A DNA stretch of 64,000 nt, from positions 310,001 to 374,000 of the forward strand of contig OZ025799.1 in the NCBI GenBank assembly GCA_964019425.1. Reading direction: 5' to 3'. How positions within the stretch are numbered: position 1 is the stretch's first letter; every line of letters begins with the position of its first letter. The position numbers and the translations under genes are program-made. The DNA comes from Flectonema sp. DT1601. Taxonomy: Eukaryota. Below are positions 10,369 through 20,515 of this stretch, piece after piece. The notes under the pieces are model-generated. The model did not search any database, was not told where the DNA came from, and saw nothing but the letters and a program-made list of their open reading frames with translations.

Positions 10369-13300
10369 TCATTCCCGTCGGTTATCCTTTTCAGCAGCGT
10401 CAATATTACTATTAAATGAGTCAACCTGATTGTTGTAAGTTTGAAGGTACTCGTCGATGAGTTCGTCGATATCTGGACGAAGACTTTGTGACTTTTGCTC
10501 ATAAGGATAAATATATGAAATACCATCAAAATACCATCCCTCTGGTAGTTGTTTGTGATGAGAAGAACAATTAATATCATTAATATCAACTTCTTGAAGA
10601 CTTTCACGAGTGATTTGGGGTCTGCGAGTTCGTTCCTTAACAACAGTGTTGTCATTCACTATACTGTCGTGTGTTATGAAATGATGTCTGACTTCATCTC
10701 GTAGTTTTGCTTCGTCAAGACCAAATCCAACAAATACCAACTCTTGGCCATGTTTCATTACGGAGTCTCTTCTGGAAAGTTTAATTTGTGTAATGTGTGG
10801 TTTTCCTTTGTAGCAGGTTACTTCGAGTTCTTCTCCTCCGCAATGAACTGTTCCTGTAACTCTAACAACACCCTTTTCTAATGACGATAGAGGGTCAGCT
10901 ACCTTAGCAAGATACTCAACAATTCTATAACGCGTTGTTAGTAATCTCGTGAACGACACAACTTCAGTAGTCAGTCTGCTTATTCGTGATAGTTTATGGA
11001 GCTGTGTTTGTGTTTTTTTTTAGATTTTCCTTTTTTTCCTTTCTTATAATTACTTTCCTTTTTAAAAAAATATAAACATACCACATTAGAAAATCCCAAG
11101 CTTCTTTCCGTAATAAACTCTGAGGAATCCATATTCGATGATGATAATATGTTTTCAATAGCTTCCTCAGCACCGAATACAATTTTACAACTGCCGTTTG
11201 TTCTTCTAACGAAGGATTCTAAATCGTTGACAGTGGCGATGGAATCGCGAGCTGTGATTAGAACTTGAGAAACAAACCCATCAGTTAGTTGATCAGTCAG
11301 TCCTGTCACTAGTTGAAAGTGATCAGGACCTGATAAATGATTTTGATATAAATAATCAGAATGAACAACAGCCGTAACACTTCCCACAATAACATTAATC
11401 GATTGACTATTTCTTACAAACTGTGATAGATGATTAATCACTGTACTGATCGCCGTTGATCCTGATGTCACAAAGCAAATCCTACACTTCTTATCCTTAT
11501 TTTCCTCTGTAATAGCAGTAGTCGCCTCTCTAAGTTTTCTATAAAACACTACTGGATTAAAGTTACAAGCTTCCCTTTCATCATTACCATCGTTAGATGT
11601 TACTATTGTTATAACCTGTTGTTCTTTTAAATTATTTGACTGCCTACTACTAGCATTGAGTGAGTTTATGACTCTAGATAATTGAGTTGCGATCTTGTGT
11701 TTGCCAGTACCCCACCATCCAGTGATTACATCAATAGTGACTGATGGAAGTGATGAAATTATTTCTTTATTAATATTGAAGTTTGTTTGATTGATTTGAT
11801 TCGGTTCTGCGGTGTTTGTCTGATCGAGTCTTTGGATTTGAGCTATTCTTCGATTCTTTGAAAAAAGTTCAAATTCTGGATTTAATTCCATAAAGCTACT
11901 CTCATTATCAGTTACTGATCTCCTCCACACCCTAAAATCAGATTCCTCCTCAGTACTACCTGAGTTAAATGGTCTATACGATGCAACATCAGAGTTTCTT
12001 TGATAGGATACGAAATCTTTATTATTTGGAGCTTCCTTAATAAAATATTTTGGTACGTTGCTGTTCTCTAAATCTTGAACTACTAAAATCAACTCTCCAT
12101 GAATCTGTTTCCATGATGGGAGAACTGTTCTGACAAACTCTCGTTTACTGGGTCCATTTAAACATAGAATCAAACATTTTGAAGTTCCGCTGCATCTTTG
12201 AACAGTTTGGAGGGGTATCCAAAAATCGAAATCTTCAGTCAAATCGAATATAACGTAAGAAGGCTGATCAAAAGACGAACTGTAAACTCTGATACCCGTC
12301 AACATTGTAGATGAGATGATTAGGGGTTGTAATGCTCCAGCAGTGGCGTCAGTAAATACAACTCCATGAGAGAACATTGCGTGACGACCTCCAGTCAAGA
12401 CAACATCATTAGCTGCAGCCTCAACGTCTGCTATCGGAGGATATAAATAAGCACCAGTTGTGTATGTAATTGTACAAAAGAATGATTTCAAAGGACAAGT
12501 AGTATTCAGGTGTTCGATAATATTTTTTGAAGCCTCCGGAGTTGGTTCAGTTTTAAGAGAAGCCCAAATTTCAGAACATTTCTCAAACACCTGCAATGTT
12601 GATTCACACAACATATGTTCGTACTGCTGTGACGCAACAAGAGACAAATCCGTAATCGCTGATGTAAGTATTAGGTGTGGGTTGCATGCAGCAGTGTCAC
12701 CGTAAGCGACATCACCAAGACAAGTGTTAGTTGAGGTGTTTGTAATATTTGATAATCTCGCAGTTATCGATAACAAACAATCATTTTGATGAGAACTATT
12801 CTTTCCAGGAGTTGACGTTGAAATATACGCGCCGTTGTCTACGTAAACTTGTTTGAGCGTCAGTTCTGATTTTTCTGGTATCTCAACACCAGAGTCTGAA
12901 GCAACTTTTTTTAAAATTTCCCAAAATGATGAATTTGTAACCTTACTCGTCGTCTCTCTAAGCACCTTACGAACCGTAACAAGCAACACGTAATAAACTT
13001 CAGATAAAATTTTCAAAGCAGACTTGTTGAATGAAGCATCAGACTTATCGAGTGGTAATATACCTTTTAGGTATTCAGACTTTCCTCCAAACCTGTCTAA
13101 GGTTGATTCTATTCCAGATGATAAGAACATAGTTCGACAGCCGTATATTGGAGCCTGTGGATCGGTTGCCTGAACAATAGCATGCAGCTTATGATCAAAT
13201 AATTTGATAGTAGGCTCAGTGATGCCCCACAAGGATAACATAGATGAACGACGCATACTTCCATATTTGAAGTATGTTAATAAGTTTTCACATGAGCTAG

Positions 13301-14066
13301 TGGCTTCTGAAACTGAAATTCCTTTTCTTGTTGATCTCTGAACTGAATCAGTTAAACCAGACCAATGTTGTGACAGTAGTTTAACTTGACATGTAAGCAT
13401 CACTCGAATATCATGATTCGATACACATCTATAAACCTGATCCATTCCTTCTGCTATATTAACAACTTGATGACATTGAGTGAAAAAGGACCTCCTCCCC
13501 TCATCATCCAACGCATAAGACTGAATAATAGGCCACTTCTCAATCTGACCAACACCACCGTCTCCTAATATATCTGAGTAGCCTGCTTTCTTGGTTATCG
13601 ATACCCCGATTACCTTGAGATTTGATACGAGATCACGAAATGATGAAATCTTATGGTCCTCAAATGCGTCTTGATTATTAAAAGCCTTCTTGTCTATTGA
13701 AATCAATTCAACTCCCGGCCAGCGGGATGTGAAATGTGTGATTTTTGGACCAGCATTGGGAGTAGTGTAAATCCTCGATCCACCTTTATGAATAATAATG
13801 ATCGTATCGTCCAAGTCTTCATCCAGTAGTAAGGGAGTTGAAAGATCACTAGCAACTCCTCCAAGAAGAAGAAAATTTATTCCCTGTAGGCATCCTTCGT
13901 TATCCCTTGAGTCAACCCCTCCTACAAACATCGCTGCGTCAATTCCTTTTCTTTCTATCATTCTTCTCACCAGATCAAATCGAAATAAACAATCTCTTGA
14001 GTTGTACAGCAACTCACACTTTGGAGTGACTGCCCGCATTGGGTCCGCATGTCTACTCGCCAGCAT
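10369..14066 (-). CDS. DNAAF9: DNAAF9/Shulin (C20orf194)-like dynein axonemal assembly factor, 2 exons: 14066-11082, 11001-10369 (~1205 aa)
   Basis: GVDSRDNEGC, LDDTIIII, EDHKISSF, EKWPIIQSYAL and FFT motifs; CobW-like P-loop region ITGWWGTGK; C-terminal LPEGWYFDGISY. An 80-nt GTATGT...ACAG intron (11002-11081) joins the two ORFs in frame. Confidence 0.8.
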
Positions 14067-14263
14067 ATTTTGTATTGTAAGCTGATGTGTTCAATAAAAT
14101 ATTATCCTTACTTTATACTTCTTAAATCCTATTAAGGTTTACTTCAGACACATAGTAAAATGAGAAACCAAAATCCTTAAACAGTTGCTACCGAAAGTAT
14201 TAATACTTGACGGGGGTAGTGTCGGAACGTATAACAGAAGCTCGACTGCCACGAATGGGACGC

Positions 14264-14611
14264 TTAGTCCGACTGTTTTAGCTTCCTGGATGAGAAGAAC
14301 AGGACTCCAAACCCAATTGAAAACAAAAAGATTAGAATAAATATAACTGCACATCCGGTACAGCAAAACATATTTTGTACCGGAGAGTGAGGTTGAGGAT
14401 TACCACGACGCATTGCTTTTTGATGTTCTGCTTCCAACTGCTGTTGAGATATGGTCCAGCTACCTCGCTCTCCAGTTTTTGGGCATCTATGTCCTGAGTG
14501 ATTAACCCATTGCTGACCACAACGAACACAAGTATCATATCTACCATGTCTTAAAGTACAAGACTCGTCACATGTTAAAGTTCCTTCGATGTCACCCTTT
14601 CCAGATTCCAT
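14264..14611 (-). CDS. Small Cys/His-rich, C-terminally membrane-anchored protein (115 aa)
   Basis: ATG ORF with CxxxHxxxxxCxxCxxxWxxHxxHxC followed by a hydrophobic helix (AVIFILIFLFSIGFGVLFF) and a basic tail. Confidence 0.65.
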   Translation of the reverse strand: MESGKGDIEGTLTCDESCTLRHGRYDTCVRCGQQWVNHSGHRCPKTGERGSWTISQQQLEAEHQKAMRRGNPQPHSPVQNMFCCTGCAVIFILIFLFSIGFGVLFFSSRKLKQSD

Positions 14612-14730
14612 TTATGTTGAATTTCTGTTCAAACAAATACCAATAACAAAACACGCAATGTTTTCAAACTAACATAGCATGACTTATTAACCCCAAGTAA
14701 TAATAATTATAAAGTGTAAATTTCAGTTAC

Positions 14731-15516
14731 TCATCGTAAAGGAACTGTTGATTGTCTGCGAGATCGAAGTGCAGTAAGTAAAACTCCCTGATGACGGAAT
14801 GAAGTAGTTGATTCATTTTGAGTTAAAGTTATCCTGAACTTTGCTGATAATAATAAGTCTTTTACAGCATCGATGTCAGTCACGCCTCTCCTCAGAAATA
14901 TTACAACACTTGAAATTGACGGCCATATAGCTGAAGGTATTCCCTTAAGGATGTCAAGCTCTCCTCCGTTTGTATTTATTTTTAACAAACCGATTGAAGT
15001 AATATCAGCCAACTTCATAATTGACATGACTGTGAGAGTTTTTACTTTAATTTCTGAAGGAGCAGTAAGCGTATCAACAATCCATTGAGTATTGTAATCC
15101 TCGACCGTTTCATAAACCTGTCGCAGACTATCTCCGTACTTTTCAAGAACAGAGAGGCTTCTGGCGTTGGAATAGCATTCAAATATTGCTAACTCTCCGT
15201 CAGTACTGCAGACTGCTCCTGTGAGGCATTTGATGTTTTGATATTCTTCGCAGTTCTTAATGAGCATTTGAGCAAGTTCCGGATCAGCTTCAACGCTGAT
15301 CACTTGAATTCCTTCGTATTTCTCCGCACATTCTCTCGCAAACATCCCGACATGTGCTCCGATGTCAATAATTACATCTCCTTTTTTAGGTTTGAAATTT
15401 TGAGTATAAATATCATGAACACGAACTAATTTGCAAACTTCCGCCATCTCAGCTCTGCTTCCAACATATGAGAGAGACTCGCCATCTGCTAACTGAAAAT
15501 TGCCAACGATCGACAT
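14731..15516 (-). CDS. FkbM-family SAM-dependent methyltransferase
   Basis: VIIDIGAHVGMF (motif I), VISVEADP and IGLLKINTNGGELDILKGI follow the FkbM pattern. Confidence 0.85.
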   Translation of the reverse strand: MSIVGNFQLADGESLSYVGSRAEMAEVCKLVRVHDIYTQNFKPKKGDVIIDIGAHVGMFARECAEKYEGIQVISVEADPELAQMLIKNCEEYQNIKCLTGAVCSTDGELAIFECYSNARSLSVLEKYGDSLRQVYETVEDYNTQWIVDTLTAPSEIKVKTLTVMSIMKLADITSIGLLKINTNGGELDILKGIPSAIWPSISSVVIFLRRGVTDIDAVKDLLLSAKFRITLTQNESTTSFRHQGVLLTALRSRRQSTVPLR

Positions 15517-15764
15517 ACTGACCTGCGTACGTTATAATTAATTATAAAAAGAAAACAAAAGCGAGGATACTAATAATATATTTCAACCTGTTAAGAAGTA
15601 TAAGTATCATCACACAAATACAAGTACTAAAAGCAATTACTAAAGTACAACAAATAATAACCAAATAAATATCTCTAAGGGGGGTAGAATAGTCTAAAAT
15701 TTTTCATAAAGTGTACATTGATATTGTTTTATTTTTCCTTATTTTTCAATTAATTTGGATATTC

Positions 15765-17789
15765 TTAGGAAAAGGAAGAGTTTCCAGTTTTCGGATCGTG
15801 TGAGTTGGCGATTGAAAGAGCTTGAATAGGAGTTGAATAGGTATTTAACAACACGTTTACTTGTTCTTGTACTCGAGATTCAAGTCTCGTCTGATAACTC
15901 TTTTGGTCATCATGTAGTAATTTCATTTCACTGCGAAGGGAAGTTAATTCATTTTGCAATGACTCTACTTGCATGCGAGACCGTTCGAGTTGTCTGTCTT
16001 TTGTTTCATGTTCGAAGGTCGCATTATTAGTGAGCATTTCCATTTCAGAGCGAACCTTTGCATTTTCTGCTTCAAGTTCAATAAGTGAAGTGTTTCGAAT
16101 TTCCTCTGCTGCGGTATTTCGTTGGGCTAACTTAGACATCATTTCTTCCATGTCGTCGATCTTTTTTAGAAGACGTCGTCGTTCAGTCTCAGAGCTCTCG
16201 ACTAAAGCATTTGATCGTTCATTAAAATAAACTTCGTTTTCATCTTTCTCAGCTACTATTTTCTCTAACTGTTGAATAGACGCTTTGAGAGAGTCGATCG
16301 TTTTATCTTTTGAAGCGATGTTGTTTATGATTTCATTATTTCGATAAGAAAGGGAAGCATTCTCACCAAGTAGTTCTTGTCTGACTCCTTCGACAGTACG
16401 AACGGTGTCGTCTCTGTGTTGTTGTGATAATGCTTCTTTTTCTTTTTCATAGTCAGAACGTATATCCTCAACAACAGCGTCAATAGATCTCCCGTTAGAA
16501 AGTTGCATCAAATCTGAAAGCTGTCTTTGATAAGCAGCAGCTTTGTGTCGAATTACTTCCATAGCAGCATCTCTCGACTTTATCAATTCCTCAGACTGTG
16601 TCGCAACCTTTTCCAGTTGTGATACGCGTCCCTCTAGTAAATGAATAGCACTGTTCTTTTCTTCCATGTCAACATCATATTGAACAGATTTTGATTTGTA
16701 AGTACCAACCAAATCTTTCAAGTCACCTTCTCTCTTTGCTGTTTGAGCGAGCTCAGTAGCAAGTTGGATATTACGTTCGGTTAATGTTTCTAACTTTGCT
16801 CTGTATGAATCTCGTACGATGGCTTGGTTTTGATCAATTGAATTATTGGGATTTTCACTAACTTGTTGTTTATAGTGATTTTTTGATTGTGATACATCTC
16901 TAGGTGAGGATAATAATTTAACGTCTCTCTGTTGATGTTTTTGAGCTGCTTCGACTGTCGCTTCAGCATGAAACCCAACAACAGGCATTGTATATAACGT
17001 TGGCTCTCCAATATTATATCTTGGTGATTGGAGTTTCTCAATTGAGCGTGATCTTCCTCGTAGCGCTGATGATTCTCGAACCGGTGTCGTCACCTTTGAT
17101 GTGTTTGCTTTAAGCTGAGCTTCAATAATATTTAAATCACCATACTCTACATCATTACCCGATAGCGGTAATGCTATTAGAGTGTTATTTAGAGGAACAG
17201 CACAAGCAATTTGAGAAGCTCCGTGAGACCTGATTTGATTCCATCGAAGATCAAGAGTTCTCAACGACTTTGTTTTTGTTATTAAAGTGCTGATTGAACC
17301 ACAACAGTCAGAAGTAATGTGATTGTGTCGGAGGTCCATGTATTGAAGTGTTTCACTGTCAGCTGCTGCTCTCATTAATGTACTAAAATTATCTACATCA
17401 ACACCCAAGGCATTCCATTCCAATATTAATGTTGTGATGTTAGTCATGCGAACATAATTAGCGATTGATGATGCTCCCGCAGAACGAATATTTCCACCAG
17501 TGAAATCAATCGTTGTTGGAGGTGATGCACATGCGATAATGGATTCTAAAATTGCAACTGCTCCTTCACATCCCATGAAAGAATCTCTTATGCAAACCTT
17601 AGCAAAGCTACTTCTTCCTCTAACTGCGTCAGCAATCGCCATAACTCCGACTTCTCCACAACCTCGACCAGTTACAATTAACTCATCCATTTCATCGTTT
17701 ACTTCTGCCACTTCATTTAAAGGTTCGACACCGTACTTCTGACATGCTGCTCGGTATCTTTCAATGAATAAGTTCTTTTCAGGATTCAT
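15765..17789 (-). CDS. Leucine-rich repeat plus coiled-coil protein, LRRC45-like
   Basis: N-terminal RI-like LRRs (LILEWNALG, MDLRHNHI, LDLRWNQI, LPLSGNDV) followed by a long coiled coil, as in LRRC45. Confidence 0.75.
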   Translation of the reverse strand: MNPEKNLFIERYRAACQKYGVEPLNEVAEVNDEMDELIVTGRGCGEVGVMAIADAVRGRSSFAKVCIRDSFMGCEGAVAILESIIACASPPTTIDFTGGNIRSAGASSIANYVRMTNITTLILEWNALGVDVDNFSTLMRAAADSETLQYMDLRHNHITSDCCGSISTLITKTKSLRTLDLRWNQIRSHGASQIACAVPLNNTLIALPLSGNDVEYGDLNIIEAQLKANTSKVTTPVRESSALRGRSRSIEKLQSPRYNIGEPTLYTMPVVGFHAEATVEAAQKHQQRDVKLLSSPRDVSQSKNHYKQQVSENPNNSIDQNQAIVRDSYRAKLETLTERNIQLATELAQTAKREGDLKDLVGTYKSKSVQYDVDMEEKNSAIHLLEGRVSQLEKVATQSEELIKSRDAAMEVIRHKAAAYQRQLSDLMQLSNGRSIDAVVEDIRSDYEKEKEALSQQHRDDTVRTVEGVRQELLGENASLSYRNNEIINNIASKDKTIDSLKASIQQLEKIVAEKDENEVYFNERSNALVESSETERRRLLKKIDDMEEMMSKLAQRNTAAEEIRNTSLIELEAENAKVRSEMEMLTNNATFEHETKDRQLERSRMQVESLQNELTSLRSEMKLLHDDQKSYQTRLESRVQEQVNVLLNTYSTPIQALSIANSHDPKTGNSSFS

Positions 17790-18289
17790 GTATTCTTGCC
17801 TTCCCCCCCACTGATGAATTTGAAATAAAAATATATATCTTGGTTAAAAAAGAAAACTATAATGTACTCTTGAATAGTGTCTGTGTGATGGATCTGTTTA
17901 AAAAAAATTGAAATTTAAATCCGAGACTTGTTACTCTGTAAGGCCTGTTTCAACAATAAAAGATGTTTTCCAATACGAACGAAGGAATCATTCTTGGAGT
18001 TTGATCTTCGTTGTATCCAACAAATTCGCAAAAATATGGGAAAAAAAAAAATTGAAAGAACGAGGTGGGTTAAATTACCCTCATCAGAATTATTTGGGTA
18101 AATTAAATTATTCGTGACAGTTTTTAGCCATGCAAAGCTTTGTTTAAAAAAAAAAATAGAAGATACTAGTCAGTAGGTACGCTAATATCTGTTAGACATT
18201 CACCTCTTACAAATAGAGGTGAATTAGAATCCTTTTTTTTTTTTTTGGTTTTTTTTGTCTGAACACAAAAAACCACCTGAGAAACCTTG

Positions 18290-18326
<37 letters not shown>

Positions 18327-18951
18327 TTTCCTTATTCTTCCGTTCTTCCATTTTTTTTGGTTTTAAGTTTTGGTCTCCGAGGACACACAGAGAAAAAAGC
18401 ATAGCTTTTTGCAATGCATTTTAGATTAAAGAGTGTGCTAAGGACCATATAAAAGATCCGAGCCGCCGACTGTTCGATAATTTGTCTTTCGATCGGTGGA
18501 ACAATACGCTGGAATTATTAAAAAATGAGAAATTTTAACCTCTTTGTAAAAAACATAAAAATTATTATTTAAGGCTAGCTACAGATAATACGTAAGTGGA
18601 AACCACTTACTATGTATCTCCAACGATTTTTCCATCGGACGAAACACACCAAAAAAAAACAAAAAAAAAAAAAAAAAAAAAAGGGGGGGAAAATAAAATA
18701 ATTGAAAGCGTACCGGTACGAGTGTAGTCAATTTACAAAGTCACCATTTAATCAACGAAGAAGAGGGATGCTTTTCAAGTAAGCATCCCTCTTAAACATG
18801 ATCAGTAAGAAAAACGGTTCTTCTTCTCAACGCACAACTGACTGGAAACGCTCTATCAACTGGGAGAGAGTCGGAAGCATAAAACGAATCTAAAATACAA
18901 AATAAAACAAAATAAAATCTGAGCATAAATCGTTTTTGTTATTGCACAAAA

Positions 18952-18986
<35 letters not shown>

Positions 18987-19168
18987 CGGACTACTCGCGT
19001 TTAAAAAATCAAGTCATCTCACAAGTGAGCTTGAGGTCTGTTAGGGATGTGTCTGCGGTAAACTGTAACATTCCTGGTAGGTACTTCCTCACGAGTGGTG
19101 AGGGTTACTTCCTGTTTTATATTAGTGAGACGACCACAATACAATAATTTATTTTAACTAAGATAACA

Positions 19169-19576
19169 TCATACCATTTCATAAGGATACTCAGGGTTGA
19201 ATCGAAAGATTCGGCTATCTCCCTTAGCACCATGGCTCTTCGCAGCAGTAAATATCTTTATTGTGATATTTGGGTCGGGTTGTTGACCGATTTTAAAAGG
19301 GGAAACTGATTCCCAAACTCCTCTTTTATCTCCGTAGTCGTCAGCGTCTTTACCTCCGAGATTGTCACCACACTTTTCTGTTAAATTTGTTACTTTTCCA
19401 TCTGCTGATGTTTGCACGACATAAGTTGTGTCCTCACCTCTCCATTCACCTGCAATGGTCCATCTTTGAAGTTGAACGACTTGCTGAACTCCTCTTTCAT
19501 CCATGACTTCAAAAGATGAAAACTTTCTTCTTCCGGATATCGACATTTTGTGTCGGTGAGTGTTGTCTGATTGCAT
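19169..19576 (-). CDS. Hypothetical protein (~125-135 aa)
   Basis: ATG ORF with coding-like composition. An alternative start (MSISGRRKF) is at 19546. No family recognised. Confidence 0.6.
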   Translation of the reverse strand: MQSDNTHRHKMSISGRRKFSSFEVMDERGVQQVVQLQRWTIAGEWRGEDTTYVVQTSADGKVTNLTEKCGDNLGGKDADDYGDKRGVWESVSPFKIGQQPDPNITIKIFTAAKSHGAKGDSRIFRFNPEYPYEMV

Positions 19577-19612
19577 AAATTCATATTCAGAGTAAACCTC
19601 AAATACGGTTTC

Positions 19613-19837
19613 CTAGACTACTCACTAGACTACTCACTAGACTACTCACTAGACTACTCACTAGACTACTCACTAGACTACTCACTAGACTACTCACTAG
19701 ACTACTCACTAGACTACTCACTAGACTACTCACTAGACTACTCACTAGACTACTCACTAGACTACTCACTAGACTACTCACTAGACTACTCACTAGACTA
19801 CTCACTAGACTACTCACTAGACTACTCACTAGACTAC
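19613..19837. repeat. Perfect minisatellite (CTAGACTACTCA)x18 plus 9 nt
   Basis: Read directly: 225 bp with no mismatches. Confidence 0.97.
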
Positions 19838-20075
19838 ATAGCGTATGTTCTTGGGTGTATGTTCCTGCTAAGAAGGCTGAAGGACAACAAAGGGTCCAAA
19901 AAAACAACAACACTGATGACCTCCAAGAACTGCCCCAAAAAGAAAAAAAACAGGGACGACAACGAAAAAAGGGGGAAAAGGAAAAAAAAGTCAGAAATTG
20001 AAATGAAAAGAAAAAACGCCCTCCCGAAAGTGAAGGAGAATGGAAAATAAAAAAAAACCCATCGGAGGCTTGAAC

Positions 20076-20111
<36 letters not shown>

Positions 20112-20242
20112 CCCTCTTTTTTTAAAAAAGCTGACTAACAACAGCTAGTCACCCGACAAAGACACCACTAAAACCCTCTTTCTAACTTTTTTTTAATAAC
20201 TGTCTTTTTTTTTTTGTTAACAGACAGAAGTAGTTTATACGC

Positions 20243-20515
20243 CTATGCGTTAAGGGCTGAAACAACTTCCTTCAATTCTTCTGGCATTGGAACTCCTGGA
20301 GCAAGTTCTGATGGACCTTCACTTCCGGTTGTTTCCTTCTTTCCTGAAAAGTACTCTCTGGCGTCTACTTCTCTCTTTGTAAGAATGAGGGCGTGGTTAT
20401 CCCACAACTGCTGGTTCGTAGCTCTAGCGCCACTTCCCTTGATCGCTCCGTAAATACCCGCAGAAAAGATAACGGTCTTACTGAGGACCGAGAAGTTGTT
20501 GAAAACGGCCGACAT
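20243..20515 (-). CDS. Small membrane protein, probable euglenozoan-type mitochondrial ATP synthase subunit e
   Basis: 90 aa. One TM with GxxxG (GIYGAIKG), then NxxLWxxH and a C-terminal PEEL..V.AL. This resembles my recollection of trypanosomatid ATP synthase subunit e; not verified by search. Confidence 0.5.
   Translation of the reverse strand: MSAVFNNFSVLSKTVIFSAGIYGAIKGSGARATNQQLWDNHALILTKREVDAREYFSGKKETTGSEGPSELAPGVPMPEELKEVVSALNA

Noticed and set aside
3147..17789. Functional flagellar gene cluster (MTBD protein, DNAAF9, LRRC45-like)
   Set aside because: Unrelated genes are interspersed, and cilia genes are common in flagellates, so proximity is plausibly chance.
19613..19837. CRISPR array or telomere
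   Set aside because: No spacers, no cas genes, eukaryotic context, internal position, and the unit is not TTAGGG-like.
19571..20141. ORFs encoding (YSLD)n and (SSLV)n
   Set aside because: They are open frames created by the 12-bp minisatellite and flanking poly(A/T); the rest is low-complexity K/F sequence.
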